A stretch of 64,000 nucleotides of DNA from Pseudolabrys sp. (GCA_036003145.1 DASYSQ010000121.1:16052-80051), one strand, 5' to 3'. Counted from the stretch's first letter, positions 9,013 through 20,294 are shown. Program-made: numbers and translations. Notes: generated by a model from the sequence alone, not told the origin.

Positions 9013-10134
9013 ATGTTGCTTTGGCTTATATTCGCGCTGATGACGGCAGGGGCGATTTTCGCCGTTCTCTGGCCGCTCGGGCATGCAGCCGATGTGCAGG
9101 CCGGAAGTGATCTTGCGGTCTATCGAGACCAGCTAGATGAAATCGAGCGTGACCGGCGCGCAGGTCTGATCGGGCAGGTGGAGGCAGAGGCCGCACGCGT
9201 GGAAGTATCCCGCCGTCTCATCGTTGCGGCAGACGCTGCCGAGTTTGCGCATTCATTGCCGATCGGTTCGCCGCTATGGCGCCGCCGCGCGGCAGCGATT
9301 GCCGCCGTCCTGCTATTGCCGCTTGTTTCGGGTGCCCTCTATCTCACCATCGGTTCGCCGCAATTGCCCGGTCAGCCTCTCGAAGCGCGATTGCGCGCGG
9401 TCCATCAAGACAGATCGATTGCGAACATGGTCTCGCAGGTTGAGGCGCATCTGGAGCGTAATCCCGACGATGCACGCGGCTACGAGGTTCTTGCCCCGGT
9501 CTATCTGCAACTCGGCCGTTTTACCGACGCAGTCAATGCCCGGCGCAAGTTGCTAACATTGAGTGGGGAAAACGCCGCACGGCAATCCGACCTTGGTGAG
9601 TCCCTGGTGGCGGCCGCCAATGGTGTCGTGACGGCAGATGCCAAATCGGCGTTCGAGCGGGCGCTTGCACTTGATCCGAACGATCTCAAGGCCAAATTTT
9701 ACGTCGGCATGGCAGCCGAACAGGATGGCGACCGTACCCGCGCAGCAGAAATCTGGCGGGGCATGATCGAACATGCACCGGCTGATGCGCCCTGGTTGCC
9801 AATGGTCCGAGAAGCTTTGACGCGCGTCGCTGGTGGCACGCCCGCGGCCACCTCGCCAGGTCCGACCGCCGAAGATATCGCAACGGCGGGCGGCATGAGT
9901 AAAAAAGATCGTGGCGAAATGATCCGCAGCATGGTGGCGCGCCTTGCCGATCGATTGAAGGAGGACGGCAACGACATTGAAGGCTGGCAGCGGCTCTTAC
10001 GCGCTTATATGGTCCTTGGCGAACGCGACAAGGCGAATGCCGCCGCCGCAGATGCCAAACGGGCGCTTGCCAACGATCCCGACAAGCTCCGGCGACTCGG
10101 CGACATGATCAAGAGCTTGGGCCTCGAAGGCTGA
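9013..10134 (+). CDS. ccmI: Cytochrome c biogenesis protein CcmI/CycH (TPR)
   Basis: N-terminal [14 protein letters not shown] motif, TPR repeats. First gene of the ccmIEFH cluster. Confidence 0.93.
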   Translation: MLLWLIFALMTAGAIFAVLWPLGHAADVQAGSDLAVYRDQLDEIERDRRAGLIGQVEAEAARVEVSRRLIVAADAAEFAHSLPIGSPLWRRRAAAIAAVLLLPLVSGALYLTIGSPQLPGQPLEARLRAVHQDRSIANMVSQVEAHLERNPDDARGYEVLAPVYLQLGRFTDAVNARRKLLTLSGENAARQSDLGESLVAAANGVVTADAKSAFERALALDPNDLKAKFYVGMAAEQDGDRTRAAEIWRGMIEHAPADAPWLPMVREALTRVAGGTPAATSPGPTAEDIATAGGMSKKDRGEMIRSMVARLADRLKEDGNDIEGWQRLLRAYMVLGERDKANAAAADAKRALANDPDKLRRLGDMIKSLGLEG

Positions 10135-10144
10135 ACGAGACGAA

Positions 10145-10609
10145 ATGACCCGTAAGCAACGACGATTGATCCTGATTGGCGCAAGTCTTGGCGTTCTTGC
10201 CGTTGCGGCCGCGTTGGTGCTTAGCGCCTTACGCGATTCAATCGTCTTCTTTAATTCGCCGACTGACCTCGCCGAAAAGCGCATTGCGCCAGGCACGCGT
10301 ATGCGCATTGGTGGGCTGGTGAAACCAGGCAGTATCGAGCGGGGCGACAATCTGCAGGTGCGCTTCGCCGTAACCGACGGCAAGGTCGACGTCGCCGTAC
10401 ACTATCAAGGTATCGTGCCCGACCTGTTTCGAGAAGGGCAGGGGGTGGTAGCGGAGGGCAAGCTCGAACCCGGTGGCGTTTTCGCCGCCGACACGGTGCT
10501 TGCCAAACATGACGAGCGCTACATGCCTCGCGAGGTGGTCGACGCCCTGAAGAAATCCGGGCGCTGGCAGGAAGGTGAGGGAAATAACCCCGGGAGCAAC
10601 CCGCGATGA
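10145..10609 (+). CDS. ccmE: Heme chaperone CcmE/CycJ
   Basis: PDLFREGQG and [10 protein letters not shown] heme-binding motif. Confidence 0.97.
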   Translation: MTRKQRRLILIGASLGVLAVAAALVLSALRDSIVFFNSPTDLAEKRIAPGTRMRIGGLVKPGSIERGDNLQVRFAVTDGKVDVAVHYQGIVPDLFREGQGVVAEGKLEPGGVFAADTVLAKHDERYMPREVVDALKKSGRWQEGEGNNPGSNPR

Positions 10610-12585
10610 TTCCGGAGCTTGGACACTATGCCTTGGTGCTCGCGCTGGCGCTGGGTTTGATTCAATCTGTCGCGCCAGTCATCGGCGCTCGCAGATACGA
10701 CGCGGTGCTTATGCGCCTTGCGAGCTCCACCGCGTTGATGCAGTTCGCTTTCGTCGCCTTTTCATTTTTGGCTTTGATCATTTGTTACGTGACTTCCGAC
10801 TTTTCGGTCGCGACCGTCTATGAAAATTCCCACTCGATGATGCCCCTGGTCTACAGGATCACCAGCGTTTGGGGAAACCACGAGGGCTCTATGCTCTTGT
10901 GGGTTTTGATCCTGTCGCTCTTCGGGGCTTTGGTTGCCGGCTTCGGCGGCAATTTACCGACGACGCTGAAAGCGTATGTGTTGTCGGTGCAATCGTGGAT
11001 CGCTTGCGCCTTCTATTTGTTCATTCTTATCACTTCCAATCCTTTCCTGCGGCTGCCGCAAGCTCCATTTGAAGGCCGCGACCTCAATCCGATCCTGCAG
11101 GATATCGGTCTCGCGATTCATCCGCCGCTTCTCTATCTCGGCTATGTCGGGTTCTCGATCGCCTTTTCCTTCGCGATTGCTGCTCTCATCGAGGGCCGCA
11201 TCGACGCCGCCTGGGCGCGCTGGGTGCGTCCATGGACGCTTGCCGCATGGATATTCCTCACTGTTGGTATCGCCATGGGCTCGTACTGGGCCTACTACGA
11301 GCTCGGCTGGGGCGGCTTTTGGTTCTGGGATCCAGTCGAGAACGCATCGCTCATGCCGTGGCTGGCAGGCACTGCGCTCCTGCATTCCGCAGTGGTCATG
11401 GAAAAGCGTAACGCTTTGAAAATCTGGACCTTGCTGCTGGCGATCCTTGCTTTCTCTCTGTCTCTGATTGGCACGTTTTTGGTGAGGTCGGGAGTGCTCA
11501 CGTCCGTGCACACCTTTGCCAACGATCCGGCACGCGGCGTGTTTATCCTCGCCATTCTGGTGATCTTCATCGGGGGCGGTTTGACCCTGTTCGCCTGGCG
11601 CGCGCCGATGCTCAAGCAGGGCGGTCTGTTCGCTCCGATTTCACGCGAGGCCGCGCTCGTCCTCAACAATCTCTTCCTCACCACCGCCTGCCTGACTGTC
11701 TTTGTCGGCACCCTTTATCCTTTGGCACTCGAGGCTCTGACCGGCGATAAAATTTCCGTCGGTCCACCATTTTTCAACCTGACCTTCGCGCCGCTCTTTA
11801 TTCCTCTCTTGCTTGTGATGCCATTTGGTCCACTCATGGCCTGGAAGCGCGGAGACATTTTCGGTGCCGCCCAACGGCTGATGGCTGCCTTTGGCATTGC
11901 CTTCGTTGTAATTGTCCTCACATTTGCGGTGGGAGACCGAAGTTCAATTCTGGCGCCATTCGGCATCGGTTTGGCGGCATTTGTCATGATCGGTGCGATG
12001 GTCGACATCGCCGAACGTATTGGTCTGTTCCGCGTGCCGTTTTCCGTCGTGCGCCAACGTGCGGCCGGCTTGCCGCGGTCGGCCTGGGGCACTGCATTGG
12101 CACATACGGGTATTGCCGTGACATTGCTGGGCATCGTCTGCGTGAGCGCCTGGGCAAGTGAACGCATTGTCGCGCTCAAACCATCGGAAACCGTTTCCAT
12201 TTCCGGATACGAGCTTTCGTTCGACGGTGTTGTGCAGCGCTCCGGGGCAAACTACCGCGAGTTGGCGGCAAGATTCACCGTGCGGGAAGGCGGCGTTCCG
12301 GTCGGCGTGATGGAGCCTTCAAAACGCAGTTTTGCTTCGCGCTCTACCACGACAACCGAAGCGGCCTTGATGACACGCGGTGTGAGCCAGCTCTATTTGT
12401 CGCTTGGCGACACCAATAGCGACGGTTCGGTCTCGGTCAGACTGTACCACAAGCCGATGGTGTTGCTGATCTGGCTTGGCGCAGTGGTGATGGGGTTAGG
12501 CGGCACCCTCTCGCTATCCGACCGGAGACTTCGCGTCGGTGCGCCAAAGCCGGCGGCGAAATCGGCAATGCAGGCGGCGGAGTAA
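10606..12585 (+). CDS. ccmF: Heme lyase CcmF/CycK
   Basis: [15 protein letters not shown], the WWD domain [14 protein letters not shown] and SVHTFA. Confidence 0.97.
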   Translation: MIPELGHYALVLALALGLIQSVAPVIGARRYDAVLMRLASSTALMQFAFVAFSFLALIICYVTSDFSVATVYENSHSMMPLVYRITSVWGNHEGSMLLWVLILSLFGALVAGFGGNLPTTLKAYVLSVQSWIACAFYLFILITSNPFLRLPQAPFEGRDLNPILQDIGLAIHPPLLYLGYVGFSIAFSFAIAALIEGRIDAAWARWVRPWTLAAWIFLTVGIAMGSYWAYYELGWGGFWFWDPVENASLMPWLAGTALLHSAVVMEKRNALKIWTLLLAILAFSLSLIGTFLVRSGVLTSVHTFANDPARGVFILAILVIFIGGGLTLFAWRAPMLKQGGLFAPISREAALVLNNLFLTTACLTVFVGTLYPLALEALTGDKISVGPPFFNLTFAPLFIPLLLVMPFGPLMAWKRGDIFGAAQRLMAAFGIAFVVIVLTFAVGDRSSILAPFGIGLAAFVMIGAMVDIAERIGLFRVPFSVVRQRAAGLPRSAWGTALAHTGIAVTLLGIVCVSAWASERIVALKPSETVSISGYELSFDGVVQRSGANYRELAARFTVREGGVPVGVMEPSKRSFASRSTTTTEAALMTRGVSQLYLSLGDTNSDGSVSVRLYHKPMVLLIWLGAVVMGLGGTLSLSDRRLRVGAPKPAAKSAMQAAE

Positions 12586-12590
12586 GGTTC

Positions 12591-13067
12591 ATGCGGCGCG
12601 TCGCATTGATCGGTTTGCTCTTGTCACTCGCGACGCCTGGTACGGCGCCGGCAGTGCAGCCCGACGAAATGTTGAAAGATTCGGCGCTCGAGAGCCGCGC
12701 ACGAGATTTGTCCCGCGAGTTGCGTTGCATGGTTTGCCAAAACCAGTCGATTGACGATTCCGAAGCGCCGCTCGCTCGCGACCTGCGGTTGCTCGTGCGC
12801 GAGCGCCTCACCAAAGGGGACAGCGACCAGCAAGTTCTCAGTTTTTTGGTGTCGCGTTACGGTGAGTTTGTGCTGCTTAGGCCACCGCTGGAATGGTACA
12901 CATTGCTTTTATGGGGATTGCCGCCCGCCGCCCTGGCCGCGGGAACAATAGGGCTTTTCATAATGTCGCGCCGACGCCGTTCAATGGCCGCTGAGGCTGA
13001 CCCCCTGAGCCGGGATGAAGAACAGCGGCTTTCGACTTTGGTCGACCCTGCGGGTCCTGAGCATTGA
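12591..13067 (+). CDS. ccmH: Cytochrome c biogenesis protein CcmH/CycL
   Basis: [18 protein letters not shown] and RYGEFVL. Confidence 0.95.
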   Translation: MRRVALIGLLLSLATPGTAPAVQPDEMLKDSALESRARDLSRELRCMVCQNQSIDDSEAPLARDLRLLVRERLTKGDSDQQVLSFLVSRYGEFVLLRPPLEWYTLLLWGLPPAALAAGTIGLFIMSRRRRSMAAEADPLSRDEEQRLSTLVDPAGPEH

Positions 13068-13104
13068 ATAGTCTGGTCAATTTCAAAAGTACCTCGATAT
13101 CCCA

Positions 13105-13144
13105 CCTTACAGAAGTTTAATGCTTTCGACAGGACGCTGTAAGG
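13105..13144 (+). promoter_or_regulatory. Probable regulator-binding site upstream of degP (inverted repeat CCTTACAG-N24-CTGTAAGG)
   Basis: Perfect 8-bp inverted repeat with internal ~10-11-bp periodic TTAC/TTAA/GACA/GTAA elements, about 70 bp before degP. Confidence 0.5.
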
Positions 13145-13213
13145 CTCGCCGCCCCATCTTGTGGTTCGGACAGTGCGCAGCCGCACCAAACGAATCCCGA
13201 TGGAGATTTGCTG

Positions 13214-14761
13214 ATGAAGTCGAGCGATGTTCCCCCCTCTCAAAGTTCCAATAGGCCGCGTGTACTGCCGGCCCGCCGGCTCATTCTTCTCGCCACGACC
13301 ATTGCCAGTCTGGGCGCCGCGGCGCTCGTGGTTGCTCCTGGCCTCAATTTATCCGGCGGTTATCCGGCTGCGGTCGCGCAGAATCTGAGCGAGCAGGCCC
13401 GCAAGCTGCAGGCACCTGTGGGTTTTGCCGACATCGTCGAGAAGGTTAAACCGGCGGTCATTTCGGTGCGCGTGAAAGTCGACGGTGGTTCGCAGACCAA
13501 TACTCTCGGCAGCAACGATGTTCCACCGGGATTGCGCGAATTCTTTCGGCGTTTTGGGATGCCTGATGGCCCGAATGGATCGGAAGGCATGCCGCGCGGT
13601 CGCGGCCGCAACGTCATTACCGGCCAGGGCTCCGGCTTCTTCATCTCCGCTGATGGTTATGCGGTCACCAACAACCATGTCGTCGAGAAAGCTGAAAGCG
13701 TTCAGATCACGACTGACGATGGCAAGATTCATAAAGCCAAGGTAATCGGCGCCGATCCGCGCACTGATCTGGCGTTGATCAAGGTCGAAGACGGTCCATT
13801 CCCTTACGTAAAGCTGTCTGACAAGTCCCCACGCATTGGCGACTGGGTGCTTGCGGTCGGCAATCCGTTTGGTCTTGGCGGTACCGTCACAGCCGGCATC
13901 GTGTCGGCGCGCGGTCGCGATATCGGCGCCAGTGCGTATGACGACTTCATCCAGATCGATGCGCCGGTCAACAAAGGGAATTCCGGCGGGCCGACATTCG
14001 ATACCGACGGCAACGTGATCGGTGTCAATACCGCCATCTTCTCGCCATCTGGCGGCTCAGTCGGGATCGCCTTTGCGATCCCGTCGGACACCGTCAGCAC
14101 TGTTGTCGCCCAGCTTAAAGAGCATGGGGCTGTAACCCGTGGCTGGATCGGCGTTCAGATACAGCCGGTCACACAGGATATCGCGGATAGTCTCGGCCTC
14201 AAGAAGGCGGAGGGCGCGCTTGTCGCCGAGCCGCAGGCAAATAGTCCGGCGCAGAAGGCCGGTATCGAAGCCGGCGACGTCATCATTTCTGTTGACGGCA
14301 AGGAGGTCAAGGACGCCCGCGATCTCGCCAAGAGAATCGGAGCGATGGCTCCAAAAGCTTCCGTCAAGCTGACGGTTCTGCACAAGGGCTCGGAGAAGGC
14401 GGTTACCCTGACACTCGGCGAATTGCCGAATGCGAAGGAGGCCCGCGCCAATTCCGAAGATGGCGATAACAGCGCTGACCTTGGCAAGCTCGGTCTTACG
14501 CTGGCTCCAGCTGCACGCGTCTCAGGGTCGGGCTCCGAAGGCGTCGTGGTGACTGGAGTCGATTCCAACGGCGTCGCAGCAGACCATGGGTTTTCCACCG
14601 GCGACGTGATCCTGGAGGTCGCCGGCAAATCCGTTTCGACGCCCGCTGACGTCCGCGATGTCGTTTCGAGCGCTCGCACGGACGGCAAGCGCAGCGTCCT
14701 GATGCGGGTAAAGAAAGGTGACAACACGCGCTTCGTTGCTTTGCCGCTCGGAAACGGCTGA
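13214..14761 (+). CDS. degP: Periplasmic Do/DegP serine endoprotease with two PDZ domains
   Basis: GSGF, TNNHVV (His), DLAL (Asp), GNSGGP (Ser) and two PDZ domains. Confidence 0.95.
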   Translation: MKSSDVPPSQSSNRPRVLPARRLILLATTIASLGAAALVVAPGLNLSGGYPAAVAQNLSEQARKLQAPVGFADIVEKVKPAVISVRVKVDGGSQTNTLGSNDVPPGLREFFRRFGMPDGPNGSEGMPRGRGRNVITGQGSGFFISADGYAVTNNHVVEKAESVQITTDDGKIHKAKVIGADPRTDLALIKVEDGPFPYVKLSDKSPRIGDWVLAVGNPFGLGGTVTAGIVSARGRDIGASAYDDFIQIDAPVNKGNSGGPTFDTDGNVIGVNTAIFSPSGGSVGIAFAIPSDTVSTVVAQLKEHGAVTRGWIGVQIQPVTQDIADSLGLKKAEGALVAEPQANSPAQKAGIEAGDVIISVDGKEVKDARDLAKRIGAMAPKASVKLTVLHKGSEKAVTLTLGELPNAKEARANSEDGDNSADLGKLGLTLAPAARVSGSGSEGVVVTGVDSNGVAADHGFSTGDVILEVAGKSVSTPADVRDVVSSARTDGKRSVLMRVKKGDNTRFVALPLGNG

Positions 14762-14776
14762 TACGAGTTTGGGGAC

Positions 14777-14964
14777 ACCCCGCCGGCATCCGTCGCCCCC
14801 GCCGGTGGGTCTGCCCTCAACGGGGCGGGCTTCGTGCCCGTCCCGGCAAAATCCTGAAGGCGAGCTTTGACTGGCCCGCTTTCGGTGCGAGCTCCAACCC
14901 TGGCATCCGTCGCCCCCGCTGGGGTGGGGTCGTTGAGGGGGTGGCGGTCTTCCGCCACCCCCTC
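14777..14964 (+). ncRNA. Candidate tandem structured RNA in the degP 3' region: two stem-loops with identical loop ATCCGTCGCCCCC, each followed by a GC-rich hairpin
   Basis: Loops at 14788-14800 and 14905-14917 are identical while their stems differ but still pair. Downstream hairpins lie at 14821-14845 and 14935-14964. Confidence 0.6.
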
Positions 14965-15112
14965 GCGTACGAAATTGGGGGCTGATCGCTTGAGCGAATT
15001 AACCCCGTCACGGAATTGACTGGAATTGGTGTGACCGATGCCCCTCTTTGCGGATATTAACGGGCAGCGCCCTGTCGACCGAACGGCCGACGGGCAACCG
15101 GATCGGGTCACT

Positions 15113-15793
15113 ATGCGCCTTCTGGTCATCGAGGACGACCGCGACGCCGCGGATTATTTGGTCAAGGCGTTCCGCGAGGTTGGCCATGTTGCGGACGCTG
15201 CGACCGACGGCGATGACGGGTTGGCCATGGCGCTTGGCGGCCAGTACGACGTGCTCATCGTTGACCGCATGTTGCCCAAGCGCGATGGGCTGTCCGTGAT
15301 AGGGGACCTGCGCGCGAAGGGCATGGAGACGCCGGCTCTCATTTTGTCGGCGCTCGGCCAGGTTGATGACCGGGTCAAGGGATTGCGCGCTGGCGGCGAC
15401 GACTATCTGCCCAAGCCTTATTCGTTTTCCGAACTGCTTGCGCGGGTCGAGGTGTTGGCCCGCCGTCGCGCTGGTCGCAGTGAAGAAACCGTGCTTCGCG
15501 TCGGAGATCTCGAGCTCGACAGACTGTCGCATCAGGTGCATCGGGGCGAAGAGGAAATTACCCTACAGCCTCGTGAATTTCGCCTCCTGGAATACCTGAT
15601 GCAGCATGCCGGCCAGGTTGTGACGCGAACTATGCTGTTGGAAAATGTGTGGGATTACCATTTTGACCCGCAAACCAATGTGATTGACGTCCACATCTCG
15701 CGCTTGCGCTCGAAAATCGATAAAGGTTTCTCCCAGCCGCTTCTGCATACAATCCGCGGCGCGGGATACATGGTTCGTGACGGCGCTCGGTAA
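15113..15793 (+). CDS. OmpR-family response regulator (CpxR/CusR-like)
   Basis: VIEDD, VDRMLP, GGDDYLPKP and VWDYHFDPQTNVIDVHISRLR wHTH. Confidence 0.93.
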   Translation: MRLLVIEDDRDAADYLVKAFREVGHVADAATDGDDGLAMALGGQYDVLIVDRMLPKRDGLSVIGDLRAKGMETPALILSALGQVDDRVKGLRAGGDDYLPKPYSFSELLARVEVLARRRAGRSEETVLRVGDLELDRLSHQVHRGEEEITLQPREFRLLEYLMQHAGQVVTRTMLLENVWDYHFDPQTNVIDVHISRLRSKIDKGFSQPLLHTIRGAGYMVRDGAR

Positions 15794-17198
15794 GCTTTTT
15801 CGCACGACCACGTTCAAGCTGACGCTGGTCTATTTGACGGTGTTCGCGCTGTTTGCAGCGTTTCTGCTCGGCTATTTTGCTCTCAACACACGCCGTCTGA
15901 TCACCGAGCAAATTACCGACACCGTCAATGCCGAGATCACAGGCTTGTCTGAGCAATATCGCCTCGGCGGAATCCGAAGGCTGGTCGTCGTCGTGGATGC
16001 CCGGGCTCGACGACCGGGCTCCAGTCTCTATCTGGTGACCACCTTTGCCGGCGAGTCCCTTGCCGGCAATGTTACGGCGTTGCCGCCGGGTACGCTCGAC
16101 AACACCGGTTGGGTCGAAACCGCGTATCGCCGGCTCGATGAGGGCGAAGCCGGCGAACATCCGGAACACCACGCGCTTGCCCGCGTCTTTCAGTTACCGG
16201 GCGGATTCCGCCTTCTGGTTGGACGCGATCTCGACGAGCGCGAACGCCTCTACAACATCGTTCTTTCGGCAGGACGCTGGTCAATTGCCATCGTTATCGT
16301 ACTTGGGCTCGCCGGTGGGCTATTTGTTACGCGCCGTGTGTTACGCCGCGTGGATGCCATGACCGAGACCACCCGTACGATCATGCACGGTGACCTGGGC
16401 GGCCGCCTGCCGGTCGCTGGGACCGGCGATGAGCTCGACCGCCTGGCCGAAAATCTCAATCTCATGCTGGAACGCATTGAGGCACTGATGCGAGGCCTGA
16501 AAGAGGTTTCCGACAATATTGCGCACGATCTAAAGACACCACTCACACGTCTGCGCAATCGTGCCGAGCAGGCGTTGAGGTCGGCAAAAACAGAGACGGA
16601 ATATCGCGCTGCGCTGGATAGCACGATCGAGGAATCAGATGGTTTGATTCGTACATTCAATGCGTTGTTGATGATCGCGCGAGCGGAATCCGGTCAGGCA
16701 CGCGAGAATATGAGCGAATTCGATGCGGCTGAGATTGCTCACGACATCGGAGAACTCTACGAACCATTGGCCGAGGAAAAAGGAATGACGCTGCGGGTAG
16801 AGGCAGGGGCGCCAGCGCCTCTCAGAGGAAATCGGGAGCTTATTAGCCAGGCTCTCGCCAATTTGGTCGACAATTCGATCAAATATGCTGTTCCTCGGGA
16901 TGCCAGCAACGGCGAACCGGCGCAGATCGTCGTGCGCGCACTTAGCGAGGGCGATCGCATTTTTCTAACCGTTGCCGACAGTGGGCCTGGCATTCCTGAA
17001 GCTGATCGCGGTCGTGTCGTCGAACGCTTCGTCAGGCTGGAACAAAGTCGTTCACAGCCCGGGTTAGGGCTTGGACTGAGTTTGGCTTCAGCGGTGGCGC
17101 GCCTGCATGGCGGTGAATTGACGCTTGCCGACAACCAACCAGGCCTCAAAAGTGTCATTGCCTTGCCGAGGGGAGGGCCGGTACAGATTGCGGGATGA
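15777..17198 (+). CDS. HAMP-domain sensor histidine kinase
   Basis: GTG start overlapping the regulator stop. Two TMs, HAMP, IAHDLKTPL, NLVDNSIKY and DSGPGI. Confidence 0.92.
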   Translation: MTALGKLFRTTTFKLTLVYLTVFALFAAFLLGYFALNTRRLITEQITDTVNAEITGLSEQYRLGGIRRLVVVVDARARRPGSSLYLVTTFAGESLAGNVTALPPGTLDNTGWVETAYRRLDEGEAGEHPEHHALARVFQLPGGFRLLVGRDLDERERLYNIVLSAGRWSIAIVIVLGLAGGLFVTRRVLRRVDAMTETTRTIMHGDLGGRLPVAGTGDELDRLAENLNLMLERIEALMRGLKEVSDNIAHDLKTPLTRLRNRAEQALRSAKTETEYRAALDSTIEESDGLIRTFNALLMIARAESGQARENMSEFDAAEIAHDIGELYEPLAEEKGMTLRVEAGAPAPLRGNRELISQALANLVDNSIKYAVPRDASNGEPAQIVVRALSEGDRIFLTVADSGPGIPEADRGRVVERFVRLEQSRSQPGLGLGLSLASAVARLHGGELTLADNQPGLKSVIALPRGGPVQIAG

Positions 17199-20191
17199 AG
17201 CCCCCTGCAAAACGCAATCCTTCCCGTAGACGGGCTGCCCCTAAAAGCGCGGGCATCAACGGCGCGATACTGGCCGAGCGGATCGCGATCGCGCCACAGT
17301 TCATCGACGCTAAAGTTGCGCGCGCTCGCCTTGCCGACTGGCTTTCCGGGCTGACCTCGGCGGAAAAGCCGCTTAAAACCCTTCTTGCCAAAAATCCAAC
17401 CGTTAGAGCGCTGCTGGAAAGTCTTGCCGAAAGCTCGCCATTTCTATGGGACTTGGCGAGCCGAGACCCAAAACGGCTCCTGAGATTGCTCCAAACGGAC
17501 CCCGATCGGCATCTCGCTTCTTCGCTAAGTGCGTACGGCCGCGACATTGCGTCGAGCAGGGACGAAGTCGAGGCAATGCGATTGCTGCGACGCATGAAGT
17601 GTGAGATCGCACTGCTCATCGCCCTTGCCGACATCGGGGGCGTTTGGCCGGTCATGCGGGCAGCGCGCGCGCTCACGGATCTGGCCGATACAGCAGTCGA
17701 TGCTGCTACCCGCTTCGTGCTCGCCGAGACCACGCGCGCCGGGCGCTTGATGCCGAAGGACAAAGCCAATCCTCAGAGAGACAGTGGATACATCGTGTTG
17801 GCTATGGGAAAGATGGGGGCGTTCGAACTCAATTATTCGAGCGATATCGACCTTATTGTCTTGTATGACCCGGCAGCGCCCGCGTTACCGAAGGACGCGG
17901 AACCGTCGACGCTTTTCGTTCGCGTAACTCAGCGACTCGTGAAGTTGTTGCAGGAGCGCACCGCTGACGGTTACGTGTTCCGGACAGATTTGCGCCTGCG
18001 GCCTGATCCAGCTTCGACTGCGATCGCAATATCCACAGCAGCTGCGGCGGCCTACTACGAAAGCGTTGGTCAAAACTGGGAGCGCGCTGCGATGATCAAG
18101 GCGCGCGCCTGCGCCGGCGATATTGCGGCTGGCGACGCAATTCTTGCCGAGCTCGCGCCCTTCGTGTGGCGTAAATATCTCGACTTCGCGGCGGTCGCAG
18201 ATGTCCACGCGATGAAACGGCAGATCAACGCTTATCGTGGACACGGCGAAATTGCCGTTGAAGGCCACAATATCAAACTTGGCCGTGGCGGAATCCGTGA
18301 AATTGAATTCTTCGCGCAAACCCAACAGCTCATTGCGGGGGGCCGCAACCCGTCCCTGCGTGATCGCGACACCCTTACCACCTTGGACAAACTATGTGAG
18401 GACAAGTGGATTGACGAGGCGGCGCGCGATGCGATGACGGAAGCCTATTGCTTTCTTCGCACGGTCGAACACCGACTCCAGATGGTGAACGATGAGCAAA
18501 CGCAAACATTGCCTGCCGACCCGTCCGAGCTGGAACGCTTTGCTCGCTTTCTGGGCTTTGCTTCTCGCGATGCGTTTGCAAAAGTGCTGCTCGGCCATCT
18601 CAACCAGGTGCAGCGTTATTATGTGCGGCTGTTTGAGAAGCACCCGGATGCCGACCGACCTGCGCTGGCATTTCCGCCCGATGCGGATGATCACAAAACT
18701 CTTGATCGGCTGGCCGAGTTGGGGTTCCGCGCCCCTTTGGAGGCTTCCAGCATCGTACGTCAATGGCTAGACGGCGATCATCGCTCCCTCAAAGGCGAAG
18801 CAGCACGTAGCCATCTCCAGGCGCTGTTACCTGCTCTGTTGGAGGACTTGGCGCGCACCGACAATCCCAATGCGACGCTCGTGCTCTTTGACCATTTTCT
18901 TACAAATCTGCATGGGCCAGCGCGACTATTGCCATTGCTGCGACAAAATCCCGAACTCATTACGCTAATCGTTTTGGTCCTCGGCATAGCACCTCGTCTG
19001 GGTGAGACGCTGGCGCGTCATCCCCAGGTCATGGATGCATTGGTTGACCCGAGTTTTTTCGGTGCCTTGCCGGACGCGATCGAACTCGGACGGCGGTTTG
19101 ATGCTGCGTTGACCCAGTCTCGTCATGACGAAGACTTGCTCGAACGCATACGCATGTTTGGTCTGGAATACATGTTTCTGATTGGCGTGCGAATCCTGTC
19201 CGGTACGGTCACCGCACGTCAGGCGGGCGAAGCGTTTGCCAAGCTCGCTGATGCGGTGATTCGAGCCGTCCATCGTGCGGTCGCTGATAACTTCGCGGTG
19301 TCCTATGGTCACATGCGGGGAGAGGAGACGGCGGTGGTGGCCATGGGAAAGTTGGGCGGTTACGAAATGACTGCTACTTCCGATCTCGATCTTATTTTGG
19401 TGTACGATTTTGACGACAAATATCCTGAATCGAACGGGGCGCGGCCTCTCTATGGTGCGCAATATTTCGCCCGCCTTACCCAGCGGCTGATCAACACTTT
19501 GACCGCGCAAACAAACTACGGCGCGCTTTACCAGGTCGATATGCGCCTGCGGCCATCCGGCCGCGCCGGGCCCCTGGCAACGAGGCTCGATGGTTTTGCC
19601 GCTTATCAGGAGACTGAGGCCTGGACTTGGGAGCATATGGCGCTCACGCGAGCCCGGGTTGTCTCCGCTTCAACTGCATTCAAGCTCAGGATTCAGAGTG
19701 TCATCCAGGATATCTTGCAGCGACCGCGTGATGCGGAATTGACGGCCGGCGACGTCGTGGAGATGCGTGCTGCCATCGCCAAGGAAAAGGGGGATAGCGA
19801 GCGCTGGGATCTCAAATATGTGGCCGGCGGGCTGATCGACATCGAGTTCATTGCTCAATATTTGCAGCTCATCCACGCCCATCGACTCCCCGGCATTCTT
19901 GATACTTCCACCGCGCGCGTGCTGGAGAAGGCGCGGTCACTGCGCGTGCTGGCGATGGAAGATGCGGAAATACTTCGCCCGGCGGTGCAGCTTTATCACG
20001 ACCTCACACAGGTTCTCCGCCTTTGCCTGCCAGGAAAGTTCGATCCAAAAACGGCCGGTGCAGGACTATTGCGACTGTTGGCACGTGCGGCCGACGTCCC
20101 TGATTTCGCTGCGCTCGATGCGACGTTGGTCGAAATGCAGATCAAGGTGCGCGAGAGCTTCGTTCGTATTCTAGGCAAGGCGCCACCATGA
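17195..20191 (+). CDS. glnE: Bifunctional glutamine synthetase adenylyltransferase/deadenylyltransferase
   Basis: Two nucleotidyltransferase motifs (MGKMGAFELNYSSDIDL, MGKLGGYEMTATSDLDL), DLRLRP twice and GGIREIEF. Confidence 0.96.
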   Translation: MKPPAKRNPSRRRAAPKSAGINGAILAERIAIAPQFIDAKVARARLADWLSGLTSAEKPLKTLLAKNPTVRALLESLAESSPFLWDLASRDPKRLLRLLQTDPDRHLASSLSAYGRDIASSRDEVEAMRLLRRMKCEIALLIALADIGGVWPVMRAARALTDLADTAVDAATRFVLAETTRAGRLMPKDKANPQRDSGYIVLAMGKMGAFELNYSSDIDLIVLYDPAAPALPKDAEPSTLFVRVTQRLVKLLQERTADGYVFRTDLRLRPDPASTAIAISTAAAAAYYESVGQNWERAAMIKARACAGDIAAGDAILAELAPFVWRKYLDFAAVADVHAMKRQINAYRGHGEIAVEGHNIKLGRGGIREIEFFAQTQQLIAGGRNPSLRDRDTLTTLDKLCEDKWIDEAARDAMTEAYCFLRTVEHRLQMVNDEQTQTLPADPSELERFARFLGFASRDAFAKVLLGHLNQVQRYYVRLFEKHPDADRPALAFPPDADDHKTLDRLAELGFRAPLEASSIVRQWLDGDHRSLKGEAARSHLQALLPALLEDLARTDNPNATLVLFDHFLTNLHGPARLLPLLRQNPELITLIVLVLGIAPRLGETLARHPQVMDALVDPSFFGALPDAIELGRRFDAALTQSRHDEDLLERIRMFGLEYMFLIGVRILSGTVTARQAGEAFAKLADAVIRAVHRAVADNFAVSYGHMRGEETAVVAMGKLGGYEMTATSDLDLILVYDFDDKYPESNGARPLYGAQYFARLTQRLINTLTAQTNYGALYQVDMRLRPSGRAGPLATRLDGFAAYQETEAWTWEHMALTRARVVSASTAFKLRIQSVIQDILQRPRDAELTAGDVVEMRAAIAKEKGDSERWDLKYVAGGLIDIEFIAQYLQLIHAHRLPGILDTSTARVLEKARSLRVLAMEDAEILRPAVQLYHDLTQVLRLCLPGKFDPKTAGAGLLRLLARAADVPDFAALDATLVEMQIKVRESFVRILGKAPP

Positions 20192-20294
20192 GGTGAGGCT
20201 GGCTGCCAATGCCTCCACCGCGCTTGTCTCAATGGCCAATGCGTTCGAGCGAAAGGGGTCGACTATGGCAAAACATCGTGTATCGGAGGGCCGC

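Noticed and set aside
14777-14964. Possible mini-CRISPR (two ~18-nt identical repeats)
   Set aside because: Only two copies, a ~100-nt structured spacer and no cas genes. Better explained as tandem RNA hairpins.
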